A DNA stretch of 64,000 nucleotides, taken from Macrostomum lignano. Taxonomy: Eukaryota. Position 1 is the stretch's first letter. Each line of letters starts with the position of its first letter. Position numbers and translations under genes: made by a program. A model generated the notes under the pieces. It did not search any database. It saw only the letters and a program-made list of their open reading frames with translations, and had not been told where the DNA came from. This document shows positions 27,245 through 39,724 of the stretch, one piece after another. The stretch covers positions 1 to 64,000 of the forward strand of contig NIVC01001465.1 of assembly GCA_002269645.1 (NCBI GenBank), read 5' to 3'.

Positions 27245-27859
27245 CTGTTTGAATGGGCAAGTTTGGGTGCGCTCGCATTGGTATGCTTGAAGACAAAGTG
27301 TTGAACAATGAGCGCTTGAACTTGAAGAGTTCTAAACTGGGTTACTGAAACTCGCCTGAATTTACTTCTCTTTCTACTTTCAGTAGCGCGTATTGAAATC
27401 TGAAAATCGCCCTAACCATAAAAATTGGAGATGTTAAAGAAAAACTCGCGAGTCCATCATGATGAGAGAAAATTTATTTCGAGCTCCGCCGAGCCCCAGT
27501 CATGCCGCAGGTGCGAAAATTAGCTCGGTCGGAGACTGTAGCGATTGCGGTGGGTAAACGCTTGGTTTGTAACAAAATACCCTCAAACACCTGCATAGTC
27601 CCAAAAGAGCCGTTGAACAACACCTATGGCTAGTTGGAATTTGCGGCAATTATAATCTGAATCACGCGCGCCGTGTTTTGTTTCTCAGTTACGCGGCAGA
27701 AAAGCCGCTTGCCGTTAGCTTAATCAACAAAAATTTCATTTCGAGTTAGCAGGTGTGGACTGTGACAGTTCGGCTTTGATCTGGGCTTAATCGGCTGTCT
27801 TTTTCTGGCGAAGGCTCTGAAGAAACGGGGGTTGAAGCAACAGCCGCTGAAGAAACGGA

Positions 27860-28322
27860 CCAGCGGAGGTCCATTACTGAAGGACAGGGGGGTCAGCAGA
27901 GATCCATCGCTAAAAAAAGGGGGATTAGCAGAGATCCATTACTGAAGGAAAGGGGGGTCAGCAGAGGTCCATTACTGAAGGAAAGGGGGGTCAGCAGAGA
28001 TCCATTACTGAAGGACAGGGGGTCAGCAGAGATCCATTACTGAAGGAGAGGGGGTCAGCAGAGATCCATTACTGAAGGAGAGGGGGTCAGCAGAGATCCA
28101 TTACTGAAGGAGAGGGGTCAGCAGAGATCCATTACTGAAGGAGAGGGGGTCAGCAGAGATCCATTACTGAAGGAGAGGGGGGTCAGCAGAGATCCATTAC
28201 TGAAGGAGAGGGGGTCAGCAGAGATCCATTACTGAAGGAGAGGGGTCAGCAGAGATCCATTACTGAAGGAGAGGGGGTCAGCAGAGATCCATTACTGAAG
28301 GAGAGGGGGTCAGCAGAGATCT
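27860..28322. repeat. ~30-bp minisatellite
   Basis: Unit CAGCAGAGATCCATTACTGAAGGAGAGGGGGT-like. Confidence 0.93.
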
Positions 28323-29206
28323 GAATGCAATGGTGGGCTCGGCACGCATGTGTATTATGAGACAGACCAGGCTTAAGGACTAAGGTATGCGATCCTACAC
28401 ACCTGCACCCCCTCTATTCTGGTGCAGGAATGGTAAGGAGAACTCTCTCCAAGCTGAACTCGCGTCCCTTTTCTTTTAACTGGCTGTTCACTTTTGGTTT
28501 ACGACCCAGCAGTCTCCCACCTTTAGTCCCCATCCGCTTTCAGCGATTCATGGAGTATTCTGGTTACTTCCGACGCGTCCCTTAATGCTACTGGATGGCC
28601 AACCGAGCTTGGTACCGCGGTTCAACCGGAAGTTTGCAGCACCGGAACTTCAAGTGCTTCTCAATCAAACAAGCCTGTTGCTACTCAGGATAATACCGAA
28701 GTGGCTGGACAACAGAGCAGCGGGCCTCAGATCTCTAAGAGAATGGCCGCCTCTTCTGACGCCTCCCCCATCCAGCCCGCCGATAGCCAGCCTGGGCAGC
28801 AGCTCCGCAAGACGGTTTTGCAATCCGTGAGGCATTATAGAGAAAACCTCAGTGGTTAGGAAATGCCAAAGAAAAGTGAAAATTTCCAACTCCAAACCAG
28901 GGCCTCAGCCTACGTTAGAAAAAGCAGAGTATGTCTCAGATTCAGGCTAGTGCCTGCGCTTACTCGTACCTGCGTCTCTAAGAGGGTGCGCGTCTATTGA
29001 AGTTTTTATTCAAAGGCATAAATTTCTAATAGCGAAATGGGCGGAAGGAACCAGGAGAGAATTGATTGGCAGAACTACGAGCAGTAGGATTGCTTTTTCT
29101 CTGTTTCTCCTGGAGCTGACCATAGGGGCAGCTCAGGTGAGGGGCAGCGTGGGGGGACAGGGCACACGCAGGCCGCGATTCCCCAGTAAAACTTCGATTT
29201 CTGCTT

Positions 29207-29266
29207 TTAGAGTCCAAAACAGATTTTATAGCCAACGGAATCAAGGAGAGATTGAACACACTGGCT
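29207..29266 (-). CDS. Possible terminal exon of the zinc-finger gene (SQCVQSLLDSVGYKICFGL*)
   Basis: First ctcag acceptor after the repeat-filled intron; phase 0 matches the 31740 donor. No homology support. Confidence 0.25.
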   Translation of the reverse strand, partial: SQCVQSLLDSVGYKICFGL

Positions 29267-29279
29267 CTGAGATGCTCAA

Positions 29280-31630
29280 ATCAATCTGATCTCCTCGATT
29301 GCCAATCTAATCTCCTCATTTGCATATTTGATCTCTCTGGTTGCCAATCTAATCTCACTGATTTCCTATCTAATCTCTCTGATTGCCAATCTAATCTCCT
29401 CACTTGCATATTTGATCTCTCTGGTTGCCAATCTAATCTCACTGATTGCCAATCAAATCTCACTGATTTCCTATCTAATCTCTCTGATTGCCAATCTAAT
29501 CTCCTCATTTGCATATTTGATCTCCCTGGTTGCCAATCTAATCTCACTGATTGCCAACCAAATCTCCCTGATCTCCATTCTAATTCCTTTATTTCCAATC
29601 AAATCTCCCTGATTTCTAATCAAATCTCCCTGATTTCCAATCAAATCTCCCTGATCTCCATTCTAATTCCTTGATTTCCAATCAAATCTCCCTGATCTCC
29701 AATCAAATCTCCCTGATCTCCAATCAAATCTCCCTGATCTCCAATCAAATCTCCCTGATCTCCATTCAAATCACCCTGATCTCCAATCAAATCTCCCTTA
29801 TTTCCAATCAAATCTCCCTGATCTCCAATCAAATCTCACTGATCTCCAATCAAATCTCCCTGATCTCCAATCAAATCTCCCTGATCTCCAATCAAATCTC
29901 CCTTATTTCCAATCTAATCTCCCTGATTTCCAATCTAATCTCTCTGATCTCCAATCAAATCTCCCTGATTTCCAATCAAATCTCCCTGATTTCCAATCAA
30001 ATCTCCCTGATTTCCAATCTAATTCTCCCTGATTTCCAATCTAATCTCCCTGATTTCCAATCTAATTCTCCCTTTTTTCCAATCTAATCTCTCTGATTTC
30101 CAATCAAATCTCCCTGATTTCCAATCAAATCTCCCTGATCTCCAATCAAATCTCCCTGATCTCCATTCTAATTCCTTGATTTCCAATCTAATTCTCCCTG
30201 ATTTCCAATCTAATACGCCCTGATTTCCAATCTAATTCTCCCTGATCTCCAATCTAATTCTCCCTGATTTCCAATCTAATTCTCCCTGATTTCCAATCTA
30301 ATCTCCCTGATCTCCAATCTAATTCTCCCTGATTTCCAATCTAATTCTCCCTGATTTCCAATCTAATTCTCCATGATTTTCAATCAAATCTCCCTGGTCT
30401 CTAATCTAATTCTCCCTGGTCTCTAATCTAATTCTCCCTGGTCTCTAATCTAATTCTCCCTGATTTCCAATATAATTCTCCCTGATTTCCAATCTAATTC
30501 TCCCTGATTTCCAATCTAATTCTCCCTGATTTCCAATCTAATTCTCCCTGATTTCCAATCTAATCTCCCTGATCTCCAATCTAATTCTCCCTGATTTCCA
30601 ATCTAATTCTCCCTGATTTCCAATCTAATTCTCCCTGATTTCCAATCTAATTCTCCATGATTTCCAATCTAATTCTCCATGATTTTCAATCAAATCTCCC
30701 TGGTCTCTAATCTAATTCTCCCTGGTCTCTAATCTAATTCTCCCTGGTCTCTAATCTAATTCTCCCTGATTTCCAATCTAATCTCTCTGATTTCCATTCT
30801 AATCTCCCTTTTTTCCAATCTAATCTCTCTGATTTCCAATCAAATCTCCCTGATTTATAATCAAATCTCATTGATTTCCAATCAAATCTCCCTGATCTCC
30901 ATTCTAATTCCTTGATTTCCAATCTAATTCTCCCTGATTTCCAATCTAATTCTCCCTGATTTCCAATCTAATTCTCCCTGATCTCCAATCTAATTCTCCC
31001 TGATTTCCAATCTAATTCTCCCTGATTTCCAATCTAATTCTCCCTGATTTCCAATCTAATTCTCCCTGATTTCCAATCTAATCTCCCTGATTTCCAATCT
31101 AATTCTCCATGATTTTCAATCAAATCTCCCTGGTCTCTAATCTAATTCTCCCTGGTCTCTAATCTAATTCTCCCTGGTCTCTAATCTAATTCTCCCTGAT
31201 TTCCAATATAATTCTCCCTGATTTCCAATCTAATTCTCCCTGATTTCCAATCTAATTCTCCCTGATTTCCAATCTAATTCTCCCTGATTTCCAATCTAAT
31301 CTCCCTGATCTCCAATCTAATTCTCCCTGATTTCCAATCTAATTCTCCCTGATTTCCAATCTAATTCTCCATGATTTTCAATCAAATCTCCCTGGTCTCT
31401 AATCTAATTCTCCCTGGTCTCTAATCTAATTCTCCCTGGTCTCTAATCTAATTCTCCCTGATTTCCAATCTAATCTCTCTGATTTCCATTCTAATCTCCC
31501 TGATTTCCAATCAAATCTCCTTAATTTCCAATCAAATCTCCCTGATTTCCAATCAAATCTCCCTGATCTCCAATCAAATCTCCCTGATCTCAATTCTAAT
31601 TCCTTGATTTCCAATCTAATTCTCCCGGAT
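29280..31630. repeat. 21-23 bp minisatellite with a 736-bp internal duplication
   Basis: Unit CTCCCTGATTTCCAATCTAATT; rare variants recur 736 bp apart. Confidence 0.95.
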
Positions 31631-31739
31631 TTACATATATTAAAAACCTGTTATACTACAGTACAGAGGTCATTGAGTACCCAACTCACGAGCAGCTGCG
31701 TCCTGTTATACTACAGAGGTCATTGAGTGCCCAACTCAC

Positions 31740-32318
31740 CAGCAGCTGCGGCAGCTCCGCCAGGCCTCCCAGCAGCAGATTCTTCAGCCCGTGGTGCTCC
31801 ATATGCAGCCGGTATTCGTCCCAGCTGCGGGCCAGGTACGGGCAGAACAGGCAGGTGCGCTGCTGTTGCTGGTGTTGCAGCAGATTCTGCTGAGTAGGCG
31901 GAGCCTTCAGCCAGCCTTGAAACACGGTGGCAACGCTGCTGGCACCACCTGGCAGTCCCTGGTGCGCCAGGCTGCAGTGCTCCGCAGCGAACTCGGCCGA
32001 GTTGGTCAGACGGTCGCACACGGTGCAGCGGTACAGAGCGAAGCAGCAGCCAGCAGATGGCGAGTGTCTCCAGGTGTAGTGCGCCTCCAGCCTGTCGATG
32101 TGGTGCGTCACAAACGGGCAGAGGGGGCACACCAGAGCCAGCACCCGTGCAGAGGCGATCTGCGGGAAGATGCCCATGTCCGAGTTTCTCTCTACTATTC
32201 CCGCTGTTTTGCGAATGACCGGTCGGATTAAAAGTGCCTTGTCCTGGGCCTTCCGTTCCTTTATAAATCTTGTCTCTGCTGTCAGATGGCGTGTTGCGTT
32301 CTCGCGAGTTGGTTGCAG
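31740..32318 (-). CDS. C2H2 zinc-finger protein exon (three spaced fingers)
   Basis: CPLC..H(x4)H, CTVC..H(x4)H, CLFC..H(x3)H. Candidate acceptor tactaaag|CTG at 32318, internal ATG at 32177, donor CTG|gtgagt at 31740. Confidence 0.75.
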
Positions 32319-32899
32319 CTTTAGTAAGTAAAAGCTAGTGGTATTAGTAGAATAGACTGGAGACGAGCTGGGATGTTGTTGAGGCTTAAAAAGCATTTGG
32401 TTGGTTGGCCCCGCTCCCCCCTCTCTGTATGCCGGTCTTCAGCCTGGCTGGGTAGGCCTTGGAGGCGACTCGCTCACCAATAGGGCTTGGCAACCCCCCA
32501 ATTAAACTGGAAGAAAAGAAGGGGTGGCAGAGAGAGGGGGGTTGAAAGGCCTATTTGATTGGCTAATAGGGGGGCTGAGGATCAGACTACTGTCACCAAT
32601 TTTATTGTCTGTCTGTCTGTCTGGTCTGGGGGCGGGCTTTTCAAGTTCCTGATGCTTCTGCAGCGGGGTGTTAAGAATTGTCAACCAACAAAATAAAACC
32701 ACTCACTCTTCACTTATTATTTTAAAGGCAGTGCTATGGACTTGCTGGTCGCTGGTTGTATTGTGCCAAGTTAATGCTATAATCAGTGCAAAAAGTCAAA
32801 ACAGAAAAGTGAATTCTCGTACAGAAGATAGTCTGGCTAATTCTATTGCATAGTATTGTTCTTAGTGGCAAGAATGAACAAGAAGGTGTAGCAATGTCT

Positions 32900-34075
32900 T
32901 TAGAGGGACAAGAAGGGGTAGCGGTGTTCTTAGAGTGACCAGAAGGGATATCGGTGTCTTTAGAGTGACTAAAAAGGGTGTCCTCCGAGTGTCCATAAGG
33001 AGTTGTGGTGTCTTCAGAGTAGCGGTGTCCTCAGAGTAAAAAAAAGGAATATCGCTGTCTTTTAAGTGATTAAAAATGATGTCCTCAGAGTGACCAGGAG
33101 GGGTAGTTGTGTCCTCAGAGTGACCAGGAGGTGTAGCAACGTCTTCTGAGTGACCAAAAAGGGTAGAGGTGTCTTCAGAGTGACCAGCAGGGGTAGTGGT
33201 GTCTTCAGAGTGACCAGCAGGGGTAGTGGTGTCTTCAGAGTGACCAGGAGGTGCAGCAACGTCCTCTGAGTGACCAAAAAGGGTAGAGGTGTCTTCAGAG
33301 TGACCAGGAGGTGTAGCAACGTCCTCTGAGTGACCAAAAAGGGTAGAGGTGTCTTCAGAGTGACCAGGAGGTGTAGCAACGTCTTCTGAGTGACCAAAAA
33401 GGGTAGAGGTGTCTTCAGAGTGACCAGCAGGGGTAGTGGTGTCTTCAGAATGACCAGCAGGGGTAATGGTGTCTTCAGAGTGACCAGCAGGGGTAGTGGT
33501 GTCCTCAGAGCGACCAGCAGGGGTAGTGGTGTCTTCAGAGTAACCAGCAGGGGTAGTGTTGTCTTAGAGTGACCAGCAGGGGTAGTAGTGGTGTCTTCAG
33601 AGTGACCAGCAGGGGTAGTGGTGTCTTCAGAGTAACCAGCAGGGGTAGTGTTGTCTAAGAGTGACCAGCAGGGGTAGTAGTGGTGTCTTCAGAGTGACCA
33701 GCAGGGGTAGTGATGTCTTCAGAGTGACCAGCAGGGGTAATGGCGTCTTCAGAGTGACCAGCAGGGGTAGTAGTGGTGTCTTCAGAGTGACCAGCAGGGG
33801 TAGTGGTGTCTTCAGAGTGACCAGCAGGGGTAGTAGTGGTGTCTTCAGAGTGACCAGCAGGGGTAGTGATGTCTTCAGAGTGACCAGCAGGGGTAATGGC
33901 GTCTTCAGAGTGACCAGCAGGGGTAGTAGTGGTGTCTTCAGGGTGACCAGCAGGGGTAGTGGTGTCTTCAGAGTGACCAGCAGGGGTAGTGGTGTCTTCA
34001 GAGTGACCAGCAGGGGTAGTGGTGTCTTCAGAGTGACCAGCAGGGGTAGTGGTGTCTTCAGAGTGACCAGTAGGG
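32900..34075. repeat. 30/33-bp minisatellite
   Basis: Unit GTGTCTTCAGAGTGACCAGCAGGGGTAGTG, more degenerate at the left end. Confidence 0.95.
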
Positions 34076-34499
34076 GTTAGCGGTCGGACTATATGGCCCG
34101 GCAGATGACTCAGTGACATACGAGCTACATTCCGAACCGAGTCCCACCCTACTACAAAATGCTTCAACAAAAAATTAGCAGCAAAGAGTCTCGTCCAAGT
34201 TTCAAAACTGACAAGCACAAAAATATTTGGCAAATTGTCACGAACTGGCAGGGAACTTTGAGAACTGTCTCTAGCTGAGTAAAGCAAGGATTGAAAACTT
34301 TACCACTTGGCTTTTAAACAGGGGAATTTGCTTGCGGTGTTGGAATGAAATCCGTCTTATCTTTGTTGTCGGGTGCGTGTTAGCGTTTAACATTAGAGCC
34401 GTTTGCATGAGCATTATCTCATACACGCTTTGTGTGACTGTGATAGCTTAAATCTTCAGCATTGTGCTACATTGACGCTGACTGCCAGGTTCGTAGCTT

Positions 34500-35463
34500 A
34501 GTGAGCGACCCTCACCAGCTCCCTTCCCGATCCTTCAGTGAGCAACCCTCACCAGCTCCCTTCCCGATCCTTCAGTGAGCGACCCTCACCAGCTCCCTTC
34601 CCGATCCTTTAGTGAGCAACTCCCTTCCCGATCCTTCAGTGAGCAACCCTCACCAGCTCCCTTCCCGATCCTTTAGTGAGCAACTCCCTTCCCGATCCTT
34701 CAGTGAGCAACTCCCTCACCAGCTCCCTTCCCGATCATTCAGTGAGCAACCCTCACCAGCTCCCTTCCCGATCCTTCAGTGAGCAACCCTCACCAGCTCC
34801 CTTCCCGATCCTTTAGTGAGCAGCTCCCTTCCCGATCCTTCAGTGAGCAACCCTCACCAGCTCCCTTCCCGATCATTCAGTGAGCAACCCTCACCAGCTC
34901 CCTTCCCGATCATTCAGTGAGCAACCCTCACCAGTTCCCTTCCCGATCATTCAGTGAGCAACCCTCACCAGCTCCCTTCCCGAAACTTCAGTGAGCAACC
35001 CTCACCAGCTCCCTTCCCGATCCTTCAGTGAGCAACCCTCACCAGCTCCCTTCCCGATCATTCAGTGAGCAACCCTCACCAGCTCCCTTCCCGATCATTC
35101 AGTGAGCAACCCTCACCAGCTCCCTTCCCGATCCTTCAGTGAGCAACCCTCACCAGCTCCCTTCCCGATCATTCAGTGAGCAACCCTCACCAGCTCCCTT
35201 CCCGATCATTCAGTGAGCAACCCTCACCAGCTCCCTTCCCGATCCTTCAGTGAGCATCCCTCACCAGCTCCCTTTCCGATCCCTCAGTGAGCAACCCTCA
35301 CCAGCTCCCTTCCCGATCCTTCAGTGAGCAACCCTCACCAGCTCCCTTCCCGATCATTCAGTGAGCAACCCTCACCAGCTCCCTTCCCGATCCTTCAGTG
35401 AGCATCCCTCACCAGCTCCCTTTCCGATCCTTCAGTGAGCAACTCCCTCACCAGCTCCCTTCC
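34500..35463 (+). repeat. 37-bp minisatellite, left arm of an inverted pair
   Basis: Unit CAGTGAGCAACCCTCACCAGCTCCCTTCCCGATCCTT. Confidence 0.95.
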
Positions 35464-35866
35464 CATTGCCTCAGTGGCAATGAAAACTGTCGAAAAAGAC
35501 AGGATCCGAGAAGCCATGCAGAGGGTCTCCAGTGACTGGCCGCGGACCACCCCATAGAGTTATTGTTTCAGTTCAAAAAGGTTACCCACAGAGTCCCAGA
35601 TTGCTGAATTTGGCTGGGATTTGGTTTCCAAGCTGCCCTCTGCCCCAGAAGGATTTTTGCCTACCGCAGCCACTCCTTCGGGGATGCGGCGATAAAATTG
35701 CAACAATCGCCTGCACAGTGTGGCCCAGCCTCCTGAGCGATGGAGAGAGGGAGAGAGCGGTCGGACAGAGATAGACAGGACACGCACGCGGTTCTTCGTT
35801 CAATCAAGGTAAAAAGAGGCCCAGAAATTCCAAGCGGGAATTATCAATAGCTGCAATTTTCTCTAG

Positions 35867-35928
35867 TTCTGACATTAGAAAGCTGGTTATACTTGGAGCG
35901 CTGCAGCTTGCGCCTGATGATAGCCAAG
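35867..35928 (+). CDS. Exon-like segment between the inverted arrays
   Basis: ttttctctag acceptor and AAG|gtatgt donor; open as SDIRKLVILGALQLAPDDSQ. Parent gene uncertain. Confidence 0.3.
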
Positions 35929-36159
35929 GTATGTCAGCTAGAAGTTGCGGCACTGAATAAGAAGGCTCGCTAGCTTGCTGCCATGCGGTCGGTCTGGGAC
36001 CGCGGAGCTCTGGTAGCAGGGACAAATTGGAATGGCAGGCGGAAGTGCCTCAATCAGCTGCCGGCAGGTGGCAGGAGGCCCAGCCCGATTGATTGGTGCT
36101 TGGGGAGTGCAATACGGCTTCCCAGACCTCTGTGGTTGTGGGATCTCTATTAGATCGGG

Positions 36160-37323
36160 ATCGGGAAGGGAGTTGCTCACTGAAGGATCGGGAAGGGAGC
36201 TGCTCACTGAAGGATCGGGAAGGGAGCTGGTGAGGGATGCTCACTGAAGGATCGGGAAGGGAGCTGCTCACTGAAGGATCGGGAAGGGAGCTGGTGAGGG
36301 TTGCTCACTGAAGGATCGGAAAGGGAGCTGGTGAGGGTTGCTCACTAAAGGATCGGGAAGGGAGCTGGTGAGGGTTGCTCACTGAAGGATCGGGAAGGGA
36401 GCTGGTGAGGGTTGCTCACTGAAGGATCGGGAAGGGAGCTGGTGAGGGTTGCTCACTGAAGGATCGGGAAGGGAGCTGGTGAGGGTTGCTCACTGAAGGA
36501 TCGGGAAGGGAGCTGGTGAGGGTTGCTCACTGAAGGATCGGGAAGGGAGCTGGTGAGGGTTGCTCACTGAAGGATCGGGAAGGGAGCTGGTGAGGGTTGC
36601 TCACTGAAGGATCGGGAAGGGAGCTGGTGAGGGTTGCTCACTGAAGGATCGGGAAGGGAGCTGGTGAGGGTTGCTCACTGAAGGATCGGGAAGGGAGCTG
36701 GTGAGGGTTGCTCACTGAAGGATCGGGAAGGGAGCTGGTGAGGGTTGCTCACTGAAGGATCGGGAAGGGAGCTGGTGAGGGTCGCTCACTGAAGGATCGG
36801 GAAGGGAGCTGGTGAGGGTTGCTCACTGAAGGATCGGGAAGGGAGCTGGTGAGGGTTGCTCACTGAAGGATCGGGAAGGGAGCTGGTGAGGGTTGCTCAC
36901 TGAAGGATCGGGAAGGGAGCTGCTCACTGAAGGATCGGGAAGGGAGCTGGTGAGGGTTGCTCACTGAAGGATCGGGAAGGGAGCTGGTGAGGGTTGCTCA
37001 CTGAAGGATCGGGAAGGGAGCTGGTGAGGGTTGCTCACTGAAGGATCGGGAAGGGAGCTGGTGAGGGTCACTCACTGAAGGATCGGGAAGGGAGCTGGTG
37101 AGGGTTGCTCACTGAAGGATCGGGAAGGGAGCTGCTGGGTCGCTCACTGAAGGATCGGGAAGGGAGCTGCTGGGTCGCTCACTGAAGGATCGGGAAGGGA
37201 GCTGCTGGGTTGCTCACTGAAGGATCGGGAAGGGAGCTGCTGGGTTGCTCACTGAAGGATCGGGAAGGGAGCTGCTGGGTCGCTCACTGAAGGATCGGGA
37301 AAGGAGCTGCTGGGTTGCTCACT
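36160..37323 (-). repeat. 37-bp minisatellite, right arm (reverse complement of 34500..35463)
   Basis: Unit AAGGATCGGGAAGGGAGCTGGTGAGGGTTGCTCACTG. Confidence 0.95.
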
Positions 37324-37737
37324 GTAGGAAAGGGATTTGGTGAGAGGTTCTCCGTCTCACTGAAGGACTGGAGTCTGCCTCTTGCAGCAGGTGGCCTGAC
37401 AAGAGCACGGCAAAGAATTAAGATGCGCAAACAAATTTTGAAATGGAGAAAATGGCGGTGCGAGGCGGCGGCAATTTTGTTATTTTCTTTCAAAAGACGA
37501 CTTGGCAGCTGCAGCGCCGTGCCGCCAGCCCATCTGAGAAAGATTCTTTTTGGACATGACGAGCGGAATTTGGAAGGCTTCAAAGACAGAACAAAAATGA
37601 TTCCTCGTCTCTTTGGTGGCTTTTAGCGGCCATTTCGCAGGTGTTTTTGCCTGCATCAAAGCAGCTGCATGAAAATTTGTTGCTGCAATGGCGTCAATAA
37701 AGCCAACTCGAGGTGGAAGACAAATTGCCTGGTAATC

Positions 37738-39006
37738 ATCGCCCCCTCACTGCAGAACCGTCGCCCCCTCACTGCAGAACCGTCGCCCCCTCACTGCAGA
37801 ACCGTCGCCCCCTCACTGCAGAACCGTCGCCCCCTCACTGCAGAACCGTCACCTCCTCACTGCAGAACCGTCACCTCCTCACTGCAGAACCGTCTGCCCC
37901 TCACTGCAGAACCGTCACCCCCTCACTGCAGAACCGTCACCCCCTCATTGCAGAACCATCTGCCCCTCACTGCAGAACCGTCACCCCCTCACTGCAGAAC
38001 CGTCACCCCCTCACTGCAGAACCGTCACCTCCTCACTGCAGAACCGTCACCCCCTCACTGCAGAACCGTCACCCCCTCACTGCAGAACCGTCACCCCCTC
38101 ACTGCAGAACCGTCGCCCCCTCACTGCAGAACCGTCACCCCCCCCCTCACTGCAGAACCGTCAGCCCCTCACTGCAGAACCGTCGCCCCCTCACTGCAGA
38201 ACCGTCGCCCCCTCACTGCAGAACCGTCACCCCCTCACTGCAGAACCGTCACCTCCTCACTGCAGAACCGTCACCCCCTTACTGCAGAACCGTCACCTCC
38301 TCACTGCAGAAGCGTCACCCCCTCACTGCAGAACCGTCACCCCCTCACTGCAGAACCGTCACCCCCTCACTGCAGAACCGTCACCTCCTCACTGCAGAAC
38401 CGTCACCCCCTCACTGCAGAACCGTCACCCCCTCACTGCAGAACCGTCACCCCCTCACTGCAGAACCGTCACCCCCTCACTGCAGAACCGTCACCTCCTC
38501 ACTGCAGAACCGTCACCCCCTCACTGCAGAACCGTCGCCCCCTCACTGCAGAACCGTCACCTCCTCACTGCAGAACCGTCACCTCCTCACTGCAGAACCA
38601 TCTGCCCCTTACTGCAGAACCGTCGCCCCCTCACTGCAGAACCGTCGCCCCCTCACTGCAGAACCGTCACCCCCTCATTGCAGAACTATCTGCCCCTCAC
38701 TGCAGAACCGTCACCCCCTCACTGCAGAACCGTCGCCCCCTCACTGCAGAACCGTCGCCCCCTCACTGCAGAAGCGTCACCCCCTCACTGCAGAACCGTC
38801 ACCCCCTCACTGCAGAAGCGTCACCCCCTCACTGCAGAACCGTCACCCCCTCACTGCAGAACCGTCTGCCCCTCACTGCAGAACCATCTGCCCCTCACTG
38901 CAGAACCGTCACCCCCTCACTGCAGAACCGTCACCCCCTCACTGCAGAACCGTCTGCCCCTCACTGCAGAACCGTCACCCCCTCACTGCAGAACCGTCAC
39001 CCCCTC
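37738..39006. repeat. 22-bp minisatellite
   Basis: Unit TCACTGCAGAACCGTCACCCCC. Confidence 0.95.
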
Positions 39007-39186
39007 GGGCAATCGAAACGAACTTGGTCTTAACACGAGATGCTCACCAACGACTACAAGGGGCCAACACCCATGGCACAGCCGAGGGGTTGCCAATACA
39101 GACTCTAAATCGATCTTTTTAAGGTTTTGGAAATAATAAAAATTTGACTGACTGACTGACTGAGCTGAGAGTGAAATTTCTTACAG

Positions 39187-39572
39187 CACTGAGCTGCTCA
39201 GACTGCGTCTGTCAGTCCAGCTGGATTGATGCCTCCAAGTGGGTGCCACGGAGGGGACTTGAGGCCTAGAGGGGAAGTGAGGGGAGAGAAAGGGAACTGG
39301 GGTGGGGGCGCAGCCGCAAAACTGGCCACAAATGTTTCTCTCCTCAAAACCGCTCCCTGCTCGCCCCCACTCCCCTCAAATGCAATCGCGGGCAATTTAT
39401 CAACACACTCGCCGCTGACTGACACGTGCCTGTCAATCCAGTCCTCCGGCTGTCCAGGCTCAGAGCCGCTTGAGGCCGCGTGCACCTCAATGCAGACACT
39501 AAACTCTGTACTGCAGTTGCTAAGCTGCCGCTATTCTCGAGTGCGCAGGGCGAATTCTCCCAAATCCAATAC
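39187..39572 (+). CDS. Two Cys-containing exon-like segments (39187..39238 and 39442..39572), possibly three-finger-like
   Basis: cttacag|..LSCSDCVCQSSWIDAS|gtgggt, then caatccag|SSGCPGSEPLEAAC..(frame change)..LNADTKLCTAVAKL..QIQY|gtgaga. Joining them needs assumed 1-bp indels. Confidence 0.3.
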
Positions 39573-39724
39573 GTGAGAATCTCCTTTTTGCTAGAGACAA
39601 TCTCATCCTTGAGAGTCATTCTATTCTTTCTTTCCATTGCATCTATGGGCGCAATCATAGCAATCTCACTAGTCATAATCTTATCCAATCTGTGATACTC
39701 TCAATTGGAAATGACTTATTATCA

